Positions 44,801 through 59,160 of a DNA stretch of 64,000 nt are shown piece by piece. The notes under the pieces are model-generated. The model was not told where the DNA came from. It was given only the letters and a program-made list of their open reading frames with translations, and ran no database searches. Within the stretch, counting starts at the first letter, position 1, and each line of letters begins with the position of its first letter. Origin of the DNA: Antedon mediterranea (Eukaryota; Animalia; Echinodermata); assembly GCF_964355755.1 (NCBI RefSeq), contig NC_092675.1, positions 16,898,912-16,962,911 of the forward strand. Direction: 5' to 3'. Position numbers and translations under genes: made by a program.

Positions 44801-47800
44801 ATACCATACATATTTCATTAAAGGGGGGTTCCAGGTTTAAAATGAATAGTAAAAAATGTAAAATATATTTGTTTGTCTCTTGAACGGTAAAAGTTTCAAT
44901 TTATATAAGCGCCCAGTGAAGCAGAACGAAGGCTGTGAAATGAGGCCAGATTACAAGTGCAGCTACGGCGATATGACACTGTGTTACAGAATAGGAAATT
45001 CGTGAAATGGTCAATCTTCCGACGACTGGTTAATTATTAACCATATCAATTACTTTTGTAAAATTATACTTATCTAATGTAATTTTAGTCGGTCTTCCCA
45101 ATGTTTATAAAGTCAATTTTCTATGAAAATTCATCAAAACAGTGAAAAATTAGATATGTTTGCACTTTACGTTTGCCGATTTTCGCACTGACTTAGGGAA
45201 AGCCTTCAAAATCAATGAAGCGTAACGTATACATTCCTGCTGAGCGAGGAGAGCGAGACGACGATACACGTGCTCTCTCTGCCCATGCCTGGCATCGTCA
45301 GGTGATAAGCAGATACAGTATACAATACCAAACTGGTCGGTCGAGTATACCCCGTCTATAATCACAACATGAACGATGTACAGTATTTGGTTGAAGGTCG
45401 ACTCGACCTACCGGAATGGTATAGATAATATAGCTCGAATGAGAGAGTTGGAATATATATTGCTAATTTTAACAAGTGTAGCCTATAGTAAAAGGCCTGG
45501 TAGTATCAATTCGCATAGGGTCTACTCTACACTAGCTAGCTCAATTTTTAACTGGGCCGAATCGGCTAGGTCTCCTTCCTACTACCTGGTCTCCTTCCTA
45601 CTACCTGGTCTACTTGCTTGATGCAGTATCTGCTTTTTTGGAGAGTAAACTAGGCCTATTTTAGGCCTACTTGTAGACGATCGGGACACCATACGTGCGG
45701 ACGGCGATCGGACCTCGTTTTGCTTCAATATTTACAGCCGATTTTGTAGAATGTTTTAGGTTTAGATTGTTTTAGGAGTTTGGTTGATAGGATAGGTTTG
45801 GAATCCACTCAGTTGTGTTATTTATGGGCCAATCGTTTAGTAGGCTAGCTAGGCCCATGATGGGCCCCAATGTTTTAACGTAGCCATCGTGGCATGGAAT
45901 CCCAAGTCAGAATGGCTCTCAACACCCATGAAAAAAAAATGATTTAGGCTAGGCCTAGCCTAGTAGTATGTGAAGCCGATAATACGATCTGTACTATTCG
46001 AGGTATAAAAATAGTATATAATTTAAGACTCCGTAACCTTTTTTGTATTACTAAATAAATGTCAAATAAATATATGCTAGTGCTGTTATTATTACACTTT
46101 AGACCTAGCTCAGAAAATCTACAAAAATTTATTTCACAATGATCGGGCGGTCGTCGTTTGACAGGGGAAATTAGTTAACAAACACAACGTACAGTACATG
46201 ACGTCGCAAGTTTGGAATCCACTGATGACGTGATTTTGTGAATATCTCATGAATATTAATGACCTTCCCTAAAGCTGCTGAAAAATAGACTTTCCATGAA
46301 TTTACCCTAAAATGTATATGAAATTAAATTTTTTAATTTCTCGTTATTACTTCTTCATTCTGACATGTCTATATTGTTATGATATTTTTTATTTAATAAA
46401 TAAACGATATTTAAAAGCAATTTTTAACCCAGAATCCCTCTTTAAATTAAATTTTAAATTGGCAGGGCTTTGTAGGTTTCGGTATTTAGGAGGACCCCTA
46501 GCCTAGTACTAAAGCCTAGTTAGGGCAGCCAGGCCGCCTCCTCTAGCCTACAGTACTGTACACTGTAATAAGTTTGAGCCGACCAACATTTTACAATATT
46601 AACATTAACAACAGAGTGGGTAGCCTAGCCTGGTGTTAGATTAGTACTGTAGTAGAGTAGTAGCTGACTAAAATAATAATTAATAATAATCTAATACAAT
46701 GTTATACTTATTTTTTTAGAATTGATAATAAAACCCATTTCTATAGATTTTCACAATTACCGGTACTGTAAATTGTCAACATTTAAATGAATTTGTTTCT
46801 GTGTATAATAGTAATAATATATGTATTTAAAAATTATTCTCAAATTTGTATTTATATAAAAATGATAACTTAAAAATATACTGCATACTGTATGCCCGAA
46901 CATACTCATTTGTGAGGAGGAAGAGTAGCGTACCACCCACAGACATTAAGGAAATGTATTATGGGCACCACGCTTTTCTCCGATATTATATAATCCCACC
47001 CTCTGAATTTTTGCTAAATTTGGACACAAGACTTTTAATCCCATTATCACCCCAGCCCCTACTTTTTGCCAATTTTTGGTACCCAGTCATATACAGGGGA
47101 TACGATTTTTAGTTCCCAAAACTAAAAATGTGTACCTTGAACTTAAAAATATTCATTAAATTAAGATAATTATTAATTAATTAAATGTGAATGTGATAAA
47201 AGATTGCATTCATAGAAACATTGAGAAAACAAATTAATTATAAGGTGGTAATATAAACAGGTGATGACTCCATCTTGTTACAGTTGACTAAATTAATTAT
47301 TATACCTATGTACATCTTGAGTTCTTCGGGCATAAACATGTTTGTTGTACCTGCTATGCTTGATTTAGCTCTTGAACTTGAACTATTGACCAAAAATAGT
47401 TTAAAATAGTTTAAAAAAATCTAGTATTCTTGCCTGTACCATTGATTTGAAGATTGTTACTGTAGTACTAATACTTTAAGAAACATGACTCTTCTTTACA
47501 ATTTTAAAGTACTATGATATTTTCACATAGCTTTGTTTTGTACAGTACTGTGAACAGTACAGTATCTTTAATATCAAGAATGTAAAATCATTGTATTCAA
47601 CAGTATTGATGTAATTGATAAGCATCCAATTCATGCTATTTAATGATTCATTTTATAAATAATTAAAAAACAACACGATTTTGATGATCTACAGTACTGT
47701 ATGTACTTTGTTGGTTTTGAGCACTCTTTTGTTACAATTCATCGTAAATAAAGATGTATTGTTCCCCAAAAACATGAAAAATTAACATTGATAAAATCAG

Positions 47801-48777
47801 AGACTTTAATTAGGCTATTTTGCATTTTAATAAAGTTAATCACTTCAGTTGTAAAAATTAAAGTACATTTGTTTCAGGTAATTTTTTTTTTCTTGATCCA
47901 ATTTTTGGTCAAAATTAAAAGAGAAAATTCAACAACAAATTAAAAAAAAACAACATTTTTTCAGGGGGAAAATATCTTTTAATTGCTAATAAAAAAAATG
48001 TATTAATTTTACTTTAATTTAATTATTAATATCTCCATCATTATATAATTATATTTTTAGTATATAATATAATGTTTATTATTAATTAATCACATTTACA
48101 GTATGTGCGTCTACTGTATCACTACACATTTTGTTGACTGAATTTTCTACTAAACTGTGTTTCAACTTTGTTTAGTATTGACTTTATTTATTCATAGTAA
48201 ATCATCGATCATGTGGTCTTTCTTCTCGGAGGCATTTTTTGGATTTGACAAATGAAGGAAAGTAAAACTGATGCATCCATCGTCGTTTATGCAAGTTATA
48301 TCAAACTAGGTCACTAAAGATTTACGATTGAATTAGTTATGTCACATTAAATGTCCATGAGTGTTGATGGATATTTTATGCTCCTATTTGCATAGCATCT
48401 TCAATTCACTGATTAAAAAATGTTGCTTTGTTGCTTGGCTATCATTCACACCATACTATAAAATACGCTAAGGCTCAGGATAGGAAACCATACTATCCAA
48501 ACCAGTATTGTGGTACTGTATTGATCGTCAGAGAAGTGTGTGAACCATGCCAGGATTTGAACCAAAAACTACTGTACTTCTAACACATTATTTGTTCAAA
48601 TCTACAGACTATCTTCACTGTACCTAGCAGGATACCAACAATAGCCTTCTGCATTCGTACTACATTATGCAAATTGTACAGAAACTGTACAACTTGTTTA
48701 CCATAGTCTGACATTTAAGTGGGGATATTAACTTACAATTAGGAAGTTTCCGCAGGAGTATGTAAACGTTAACTTTA

Positions 48778-48975
48778 ACTACTCGTCTTGATGTACTAGG
48801 TTTTTTTAAATGCACACAAGTCAGATGTGTACACTGGACCTACGGTTTATAGTCCTTATTCGAGAAGACTTGTTCTACAGTACCACCAGAACCATGGAGC
48901 AAGTGAGCCTTGGACCCTTGCCGATGTTATGGCTACGTATTACGGTTCCACTGTCTTTACCACTCGGCCACTCAT
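48778..48975 (-). mobile_element. tRNA-derived SINE with a Deu/Nin-type central domain
   Basis: Minus strand: A-box tggccgagtgg, degenerate B-box, and core gaataaggactataaaccgtaggtcc resembling the Nin/Deu domain. Confidence 0.6.
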
Positions 48976-51900
48976 TCGCTCGCTCATTCTCTGTTGGCAA
49001 CAATCCATAACTCAATGTAAAAGGGACTGTGTAGGAAATTACACAGATAGCAACCCTGTGGCTATGAATCTGTTATCTTGGACTATAAACATAGAGTACT
49101 TTACAATTTGCATGTTGTCTTTAGTTTTTGCAGCACATTCAGTGAAGTATTATAGTGAATAGAGAGGTTTTGCTACAATACAGTATCATAACCTTGTTTG
49201 TAACTTTTATCGAACAATGAAATTACAGTACTGTATTTTATATTGTATACAATTTACTGTACTGCAGTGTAGTCACTGTTGGTTTACTGTATAATCAAAC
49301 TTGCTAAGTACTTCACCAAAATTTAAAAATCAATCCTGTATTTAAAGTACACTTTTTCTTAGTTTAAATAAGATAAATGGCTAAAGAATAATGTATCTTT
49401 TCTTCCTATAAAATAAAGTATCAGGACAATGTAATTGAATTCTTAAGCTGTTAATTCAATCAGTGTTTGGATTTTAGATAGAATTTAATATTGATTTAGA
49501 TAATTATTAACATATGACTGTGAAGAAACAAAGGGATCTGAGATTTATTAATGGACAAGTTGAATCATTCACTTCCACAAGAACTAACCGGACAACATCC
49601 AATCCTTTCAAAATCATTGAATAATTTCATTCTGTTTCAATATGGCTCATCATAAATTAAAGTAGAGGAATTATGTTTTATTGGTTTATCCGTTTAAAGT
49701 GTGTCATTGTGTTATCTTTTAATATTTCCTGGATACATATGATTGTTGGTATACAGTATACCTGGGAAGCACTGTAGATAGAGTATCAAAGAAATAACAT
49801 ACTATCTGCTGCCAAAAAATTGTACAGTGAGTATTGCCCTCCAAAATCATTAAAAATAAAGATTTATAAAATCAGACTTTGAAAAGGCCATTTTGCAGTT
49901 TTGCATATGAACCCTTATAAAAAGATAAAATAAACAGTTAAATTTAAAAATAAAAACCCTGATTTTTGGTCAAAGTTAAAAAAAAACCAAAATTATAAAG
50001 ATTATTTTTTATGAGGACAATATCTTTTAAAGTAAGAGCACTTAAAAAAAATATTCAAACTGTAATAAAGATACCTTGTACAGTAATGTAGATGGTCGCT
50101 AAAAAGTTTTAATATTAATAAATTTATCAAGATTATTCACAAAATATTTTGTTTACGTTTACTGTTGTACATCATACTGTAGGAGTGATCTGAAAGAGAT
50201 TTAATTTTAAAAGCTTTTTATTTTTAAACTCAACAGTATTTTATACACTTTATTAATTTGTAACATTTCTGTAGTACGGTTTCGGCCTTTTCAATGCACC
50301 TGCTGTAAATACAGCTCTCTGATTTTTTTGTCAAAAGAGATGATTGATTGAACAAATATTAAGAAAAACAGATAAATGCAGAAAAATATCAACAATACAT
50401 TTAACAAAGATATTATGATTCTCATATACAGTACAATGAAAGCAAATCCGGAATTATTTTACAGTACTGTACAGTATGTGTGGCAAGTCATGTTTCCAAT
50501 AGACGATTTTATTGTTTTCAATTACCGGTATATGTAGTTAACAGTGTACAGATATTCAACAGTTTTGGCAAATGGCTTTAGTGAGCATAGAGTATGATGT
50601 CTAGGCCTAGTAGTAATGTTACTAGCTAGGCTTATACAGGGTTTGCTTCAGATTCAATAATATACTGTTAGAAGTGTCTTCCGGTAAAATGATGTTATTG
50701 TTAGTATCTGGATTGTAAATGTGCGTATAAACCGACACTCGATAAACTGGTTAGTGGCTACAGTATGTGTTACAGTTGTACAGTAGTTGTCATGGTGGTG
50801 AATATCATTTATCATGGTGGTGAATAATATCATAATCATAATTGATTGTTATTTGATAAAGCATGAAGTTTTGGATAATATTAAATGCATTTTCCAAATT
50901 GAAATTCTTTTTCATAAGTCATTGTGGCCCGCAACAGTAGCTAACATCATATGTGTTTTCAATGCAAAATTAATTCTGTAATCCATTTCCGTACTTTATG
51001 TCATTTGTTCAATTTATTAACTGTAATTCTTAGTTAAATGTACAATCAATATTTTTGTATCATTCTATCAAATGTAAGTTTCTGTCTTTTAATGTTAAAA
51101 ACAAACGATATATTATGAATATTACAGATTTAATTGTTTTCATATAAGTTTGCTTAAATTATTTATTTGTAATATCCATTCCATCCATCAAGATTATCTG
51201 TGTTTTTATAATTATTTAAATAAAACAACTTTTCCATAAATATTATGCAATACATAGTCAATTATTAAAGATCGGTCTGCCAATAACCTCATCACTGCTT
51301 ATTACTTTCATACAATTTGGGAAAAGTGTTTATCTGTATATGCTCATAAACTGGACTAACTTTCGGCCTAGTACGCAGCGTAGCTAGTATTTACTGTGAA
51401 CGTTTGGCAGTTATCAGTATATTGACCTCTCGAGTAGGACATCTCGGTACAAAATAAACAAATCAGCTAGTAGAGCAGTAATTCCTGTAGGGCTTGTATG
51501 CTGTTCATTTTACATAAAAATGCTGCACAGTTAAAAAATATCATCAAATATTGTAGAAACTGTATGAAAATCTATATTTTATTTTAAAATCAGTAATGTA
51601 ATCTATACTACCATCCAAGATTTACAAACAAATTTGTTAACTAACTGTACCCTGTTTGATGATGCTATATTAAACCATTGTACTAGATTTTGTTTAAATG
51701 ATATATTTATTTATTGACTGAAAAATTATGTATTTATCATACTACAGTGTTTGAAAGAGTCGATAATACCAAATGTCAGTGCATATTAAAAACAAGCAAA
51801 CACGAGAAGTTTTTACACAGTTTATCTATCCAGCCACAGTTGCAACCGATACAATTTCCTTCTGATAAAAATCATTTACGGAATATGATGCGACAATATG

Positions 51901-52147
51901 AATGTAATTTGATTAACGTAAGCATGGTACTGCTTTCTGTTGGTGCCTTGCAGGAAAACGCTAATTAAAATACTAGTCAACTGTTTATCCTGATTTGCAG
52001 AACTAAATAAAAGGCTAACATTTAATGCAAGTATACTACTAGTAATCGTGTTAAGAAAACTAGTTTGAATCGTGTGTTTTTATTTATTGTGAACATCGCT
52101 AAAGTACTGTTAAATAAACATTTAAATTCTAATTGAATATTTTCCAG

Positions 52148-52261
52148 GATTCTAATTTGGTACGAAAGACGACAACGGAAGAATTAGACAAGAGGCAGAA
52201 ACATAGTTTGGATTTATTTTTAATTTGTTGGAAATAATTAATCAAAGTGTCTGAGGAATTG
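52148..52261 (+). other. Probable non-coding (5' UTR) exon of the third gene
   Basis: ttttccag acceptor and consensus g|gtaagt donor; no convincing ORF. Confidence 0.45.
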
Positions 52262-52649
52262 GTAAGTGAAGTCTAAACAAGTATGGTAAATTTGATATTT
52301 TGTTTGCTTAATAATATTTATTGTGTTACTTTTCTGTATAATAGATACTAGTCTCTGCTACATGGGGTCCTTTATGAATACCTGTAAATGTTGTTGTCTG
52401 TATAGTTTCATTCATGACTTTAGGGGAAAATACATCTTGAATTTAATTAGTGCTCATTGTGGATACCATCTAGATATTACCTAATACTAATATAGTGATT
52501 AATTACAGGAATTGGTTAATATCTTCTTTGTGAAATTGAAATAATATTTGAATGAAAAACAGAAAAGTAAAACAGCCTTTTATACAGTTAGTACTTTCTA
52601 CTGTGTAAATTACTAGTCATATGATCAGAGCATTAATCACATCATTTTA

Positions 52650-52766
52650 TGTCTACACTATCAAACTAGTTTGTGTGCCCAAATATGGTAGTGATGTGAT
52701 GTCATAATGTCCATATATGGGTACATCATATTTTCTTGTCACATAAGTTTGATAGTGTAGACAGAT
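52650..52766. mobile_element. Palindromic MITE, same family as 28853
   Basis: tgtctacactatcaaact ... agtttgatagtgtagaca. Confidence 0.7.
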
Positions 52767-54255
52767 CTTTACTTTTATCTGTATAAAGTTAGTGCACAAT
52801 ATCTGCTTTAAATGTTGCTTAATGAGTAGTTCCTTAATGCATGCGATACAGTTAGCATTGAATGATAGCATGAATACGTTGGTGTTTGTTGTTGAATTAT
52901 TGCAGTGTGTTGACATTGATCATCAGTAAGTGACAATGCCTACTGGCATTTAATTAAACTTGATCAGATTCAACTATGAAATGCCTATTGATTTCTAGCA
53001 TTGGAATAATTCGGATGGCCAATAATTTGCTTGCTCTCTCAGTGTCCAGTACAATATTCTTAAATTAAAAGATAAACAAATTTAAAGAAAACACATACAG
53101 TGTTTGCAATGGGTAAAATTGAAATTCAACAACAAGTTAAAGACAACTGTTTATACAATAAACAATTTTAGATTGAACAGTAAAGTTAGGTAAGGTACAG
53201 TGCACTAAAAATTAGTGAAATTAGTAAATTTAAAACCAAAGCTTATTTTCCAACGGTCGTTGTGCCCATTTCCATGCCACCACAAGTCTGAAATACCCAG
53301 TATCTTTTACCTACCTAGTACCCATTTCTTTCACCTGGATGAGGAGGAACAATGTGGATAAAAAACTTATACAGTAGTAATACCAAAACAAAAAATGAAT
53401 TGATGAGTTTTGTACATGTGTGATTATTGTTTAAAGGTTTGCATGATAGAACACAGTTTCGTAATAATTTGTTGTCTCTCTCTTACAGTAATACTCATTC
53501 TACAAATACTGTATAAACTACAGTATACTGTGTTAATTCTCTTTACATTTAGACACAAAAATTCTTTGATTGCAATTTTATTGAACATGAAATTCATATT
53601 TTTCTTTGGAAATAAAAATCAAGGACACTTTCAAGCATTTGATACTTTCACCTGCTTTTAAAAATAAAATTATTTTCTAAGATTCTGTTTATTGTCATTC
53701 AATAAAAATATTTGGATTGTGTTGTTTACAACTTTAACATCTGTTCAAATTAATTACTGTGTGTTCAATTACTTTAATATAAATCTGTATTCGCACTCAT
53801 TCTGTTACTGTGGGATGTTATTTACAGCGAGTTTACACTAATGAAATACAAACATTACTAGGTTCTCCAGTGGCAAGCTATAAAAAGTCTTCACTATAAT
53901 TAGACATGCTTTACATCTATAATTAGGGAAATTCTAGTGGGAGTTCAGCTAGTTTTAGATTTCAGTGGCCGTTCCCTTTGTGTATTATTGCTAGATAATG
54001 ACATTACTGTATCAAGAGAGCAATTTTATCATTCTCTGATACAGTAGTTTGTCAAATTGTCTTGTTTACCAGTTGTCTCCCATTCACAAAGTTGAATTAC
54101 GACCTGGATAGCCTGGTTGATCTAAATTGATCTCTGTTTCAAAAGACATTGTTAGTGTTTTCTGAATGTTCAAGTAATGTACAGTAGTCTTTTGTGACTA
54201 GCTTACCTCAATAAACCGACAAGACCTTTCTCCTCCTAGGGCAAAAAATATACAG

Positions 54256-54365
54256 TACGGCTTTACCATGTTGAAACACCGGTTCTCGTCAGATCAACGA
54301 AGTTAAGCAACCTTAGGCCTTGTTAGAGCTAGGATGGGAGACCATCTAGGAATATTGGATATGGA
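54256..54365 (+). pseudogene. Degenerate 5S rRNA copy (pseudogene or head of a SINE3-like element)
   Basis: tacggctttaccatgttgaaacaccggttctcgtcagatcaacgaagttaagcaac...ggatgggagaccatctaggaata follows the metazoan 5S consensus (box A AGTTAAGC, box C GGATGGGAGACC) with many substitutions. Confidence 0.8.
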
Positions 54366-54663
54366 GCTGAGATCCCGTTAGGCATTTGAAAAGGCATTAC
54401 TGCATCTAGTATCTGCCTCAGATGTATTGGCCCATGCCTTTCCTCTGATCAAGGTGGGCACTGGACGAGAGATGCCCTTGATCAATGTTAGGACCAATCA
54501 AGGTACTTTAAACAGTACTGGCTTTGTTTGTATCAAACCGGTAATTATCGCTGTTGGTTTTGAGTGAACAAAATAAAAAAAATAAAATAAAAAATAACTT
54601 GAATAGTAAAATAAGATCTTGAAAAGAAATTGTGAGGTACTGTATGCATGGGTATGATGGTAT

Positions 54664-55076
54664 GGTTCATGGATGATATCACTGCCTTGGAGGGGCGCTT
54701 GGTTCATGGATGATATCACTGCCTTGGAGGGGCGCTTGGTTCATGGATGATATCACTGCCTTGGAGGGGTGCTTGGTTCATGGATGATATCACTGCCTTG
54801 GAGGGGTGCTCAAGGTTCATGGATGATATCACTGTCTTGGAGGGGCGCTTGGTTCATGGATGATATCACTGCCTTGGAGGGGTGCTTGGTTCATGGATGA
54901 TATCACTGCCTTGGAGGGGCGCTTGGTTCATGGATGATATCACTGCCTTGGAGGGGTGCTTGGTTCATGGATGATATCACTGCCTTGGAGGGGCGCTTGG
55001 TTCATGGATGATATCACTGCCTTGGAGGGGCGCTTGGTTCATGGATGATATCACTGCCTTGGAGGGGCGCTCAAGG
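54664..55076. repeat. 37-bp minisatellite, about 11 copies
   Basis: Unit ggttcatggatgatatcactgccttggagggg(c/t)gctt. Confidence 0.95.
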
Positions 55077-55111
55077 TTTTTGTGGGAGTTTTGGGTATGT
55101 TCAGACTCACA

Positions 55112-55217
55112 GGGCCTGTTTCTGCTGCATAAAAAATAACCGGTTAAAATCGGTGTGAATAAATTAAAATCGGTGTGAATAAATTAACTCCATTTTCTTG
55201 GCAGCAGAAACAGGACA
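55112..55217. mobile_element. Short TIR element
   Basis: cctgtttctgctgc ... gcagcagaaacagg, with aaccggtt motifs nearby. Confidence 0.45.
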
Positions 55218-58200
55218 CATTTGTGGTAACCGGTTAAAAGGCAGCGCAAAATAACCGGTTAAAAACACCAATTTAAATCGGTGTTAGAACGCCGTTTAAC
55301 CGGTTATCGCTGAGCAATTCTTAGCTGCAACACGAAATAACGGTTTTAGATTGTTGATTGATCTCTCAGCAAATCATATGCTTTGCTAGGGTCTCAAAAT
55401 ATGCAGATAGCAATAATATAATTGTGTTTAATTAGTATGATGGTGTCTGAGGAAATGACATCCAATATACTGTAAAGTACACAATTGCTATTCAATTTGT
55501 AGACTTTAAACTTGCGAGTAATATTAAAGTACAAGTACACAAGTAAATACTCAATCATCTAGACAGTAATTGCTAGGCTATGATTGAAGACAAGATCATA
55601 GGCAAAATCAATCTTTAGCATTGATGGCAAAAGTAGCTGTCTTGGGATAGTTGAATGTCATGCAACATATCTAATACAGTGTGTTCTATGATTGTAATCA
55701 ATTAAGCCTTCTATAGCCTGACCCTGTTTCTGATGTGAACATATAAACGATTAAACCATATTCTCTTTTGGTTATTAAATTTTGTATTGAAATTCTTAAT
55801 TGTAGGATGAATAAGGTACAGTATAGACAGTTTTCTTTCATAAATAATTCAACAATGCACAATTTGTTAATGCAAGAAATATACATTTCGTTTTACCATA
55901 TTTATTTAAATTACTGTACATACAAAAGCGAATGAATGGCAGCGTATACTGTAGCATCTAATACAAAACACTAGATTATCCGCTATTTGACCAAGTTCAA
56001 TTACTTTTCTAAATCAATTAATCAATTGTACTGTAGTAGTGCAAACTGCATACTGGGTAGATTCATCAAGTGTATGCCTGCTGTACTGTATTTAGTGCAA
56101 AGTTCAATTATAGTTCAGGTGTAATATTTGCCATTACCAATTTTTGCTACTTTTTTTATGATGATTTTGATAGCAACCTTCTTTTTCTTGCTAATTTTAA
56201 AAGAGAAATGTTGTCAAAATGTATTTTAGTTTTATTGTACCATTGCACTGTTGCAGATACTGTACTATTGTATAGTGAATAGTACTAGTATTTACAATAG
56301 AGTATAAATACTATAGCTTACTGTAAATCTTATTGACTAGTGATTGGTAATTAATATTAACTGATTAGATATCCTTTTGAATTATAAATTTCACTTTCAT
56401 TTTTGTATCATTGTTAAATTGGCAATTTACAGGTTTAGGTACAGTAGGAAGGACACTTTCTATTCTATTTTGCAGAATTTGATTTAAAGTAGTACAGGTC
56501 CGCTGGGCAATTGCCAGTAAAAATTATAATGGGCCTGTAAAACTTGCCAGTAATCGGTTTGCCCATTTGGACCATTTAATTTCACAGAAAATTTCATACA
56601 ATAAGTAATGTGTATTATAATAATAATATTGATGGCCAAAAAATGCTAGATAATCAAAACACTTTCTTGCAATTGATTGTATACTTGCATCATTGTAACG
56701 TACAGTACATCCTATACGTCTTGTAGAAATCAAGATTTGAACATTACTAATAAAAGCTACAGTATGTTGTGTGGTATACACTAAAGTTTAAACTAGACTA
56801 GGACAACTCTCACACCTCGGTCCAGCTGCACATCTACAGTACGGTTTAACTATACATACAGTATACTCTGTACTGACCAATTTACTCCCCTAAAGATACA
56901 ACATTGTTTACTGGAAGTCATTAACCTTTGTAACAATGACACTAAAGTTAAACACTTAGAGGGACATTGTTTAGTTTATGCTTTAAAGTCAATAGAATAT
57001 TGCCTCATTTTGTATGCGAACTATGGTATTGAAGTGTGTCTTATCCTACTGTAGCTATGAGTCAGAGCAACACTGCAAGTGTAAACGCAGAATCTTAAAT
57101 AGCTGAAAGATATAGGTTGTAGTTTTGTTGTTTATAGTATTTAACAAACTGAAAGAAACAGTAAAAACAATAAGGTTTTCTTTAAAATTGTTTTTTTGGC
57201 GTCATAAATACAGTACTGTACAGTATTTAGATTTATTATGGTTTCCAAGTTTTAATCAACCCAATACCATAATGTTGACAAATGATGATTATTAAAACTT
57301 CAGGAAATGTTAAAGTCTCTAATAGAAGTAGTACTGTACACAGCTGTATAGTAGACTAAAGAAGGCTAAAAGCATTGGATTAACAGTGCTGTGTACTGTA
57401 TACAATCTGTACAGTATCCAGTCCACACATGGTAGATAAATAACTTAAAATAATTTGTATAAAGTTACTTTAAATGTTAATCATAGTGGACATTAATTAG
57501 CCCAGATATAATAGTTCTACTTTATTCCATTTGTTCCAGGTCATTGGATTCCTTGACCAATAATAATTATACATACTATACTTAATAAGATTAGAATAGT
57601 ACAACTACAAAACAAGATACTGTATACCTTTACATTTTTCCTTTTTGACCACTGGGCCTGTTTTTGATGAAGAAAAAAATGGTAGTCATACATGTAGGGC
57701 TATTTTATAGCTTAACGATAAACTGTGATTGTGTTTGTCTATTACGTGACTAGCTTACCTGGATAAACCGAAAAGAAATGGTGAGGTATGCATGGGCGTT
57801 GCCGCCCACCTGAGGGCGTGGCGCATGGGCGATACCACTGTCTTGGAGGGGAGTTCATGAATAAAAATGTAAATTTCCCCTCTAATAGGTGTCCCCTGAA
57901 TAGAGGTCCCAAGAGGTTCAATAACAGTTGAAAATAGTAGTTGACTTAGTTCTGCAGAAATGCATTCATTTCAATTCTATCAATAAATGAATGAAAAGTA
58001 TTGTAATAAACCTATGACACTGTATATTTTTCCCATATGGTGACTCAGTCTTTAGAACTGTTGGAAAGAATGGGTTAACTTAAAGTCTTGTCTGCAAAAT
58101 ACATCTAAACGATATTTATGATTTAAAAATAAATTCTGATGTATTTAGTACTGGTTGGAGACAACCTATTACATGTGTCTTTTCACTCTGTTATTTAAAA

Positions 58201-58935
58201 AAACTAGTGTCAAATATAATGCATTGCCTTTCTCATAGCATGAAATATAGCTATAAAATACAGTATATTCAAGATGTCGAGAAGGTATGGAAAGTGCATG
58301 GAGGTAATAAAGAAATATTTGATGATGTCAGTAAACTCTACTTTACTATTTTTACAACTTGTTAATTGATCACAATTCTGATAATTGAGTTGTCAGAGAA
58401 GAGTGTTCTAATTTGCTCAATCTTGCATACTGGAGTCAATACACTATGAAGGTACCATTATCCCCTCTTCATGGATGCCCAGTAAATGGACACTGCAATT
58501 CATGTGAGAATTTTATATTTCTTCTGCCAACCAAATTCATATTCATACCAAAGATTCTTAGATGTTTATTATCAAATTATGAGAAAGTGTAATACTGTGT
58601 ACATCACTACTACTATGCCTATATTGCATACCTCTATGCGGCTATAGAAATTTATTAAGCGTATCAGCCCTGTTATTGTGTTAGATAATTCTTTTAAATA
58701 GTATTATTAGACACCTTAATATGCACTTGGCTATTATTTGTCCTACTAATATTTCTATTCAAATTGACTGATGTAATGGAGCATGAAAAAGGAATTGTGT
58801 AATCACAATCATTATATTTAACAGGTTTATTATTAGTAAACTCTCAGTTACGATCTATAGAATAGAGAATGTTTGATTTGAAATGTGCAAACCAAAAATA
58901 ACCCTGCGCAACAACAGTTTGCATAGTTGGTATGT

Positions 58936-59160
58936 CAAGCACAATGTGCATGCCCTATTGCTTCAAGCACAATGTGCATGCCCTATTGCTTCAAGCACAA
59001 TGTGCATGCCCTATTGCTTCAAGCACAATGTGCATGCCCTATTGCTTCAAGCACAATGTGCATGCCCTATTGCTTCAAGCACAATGTGCATGCCCTATTG
59101 CTTCAAGCACAATGTGCATGCCCTATTGCTTCAAGCACAATGTGCATGCCCTATTGCTTC
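58936..59160. repeat. 28-bp perfect minisatellite, 8 copies
   Basis: Unit caagcacaatgtgcatgccctattgctt. Confidence 0.95.

Noticed and set aside
54256-54365. Functional 5S rRNA gene
   Set aside because: Single copy, eroded 5' and 3' ends, many substitutions and no oligo-T terminator.
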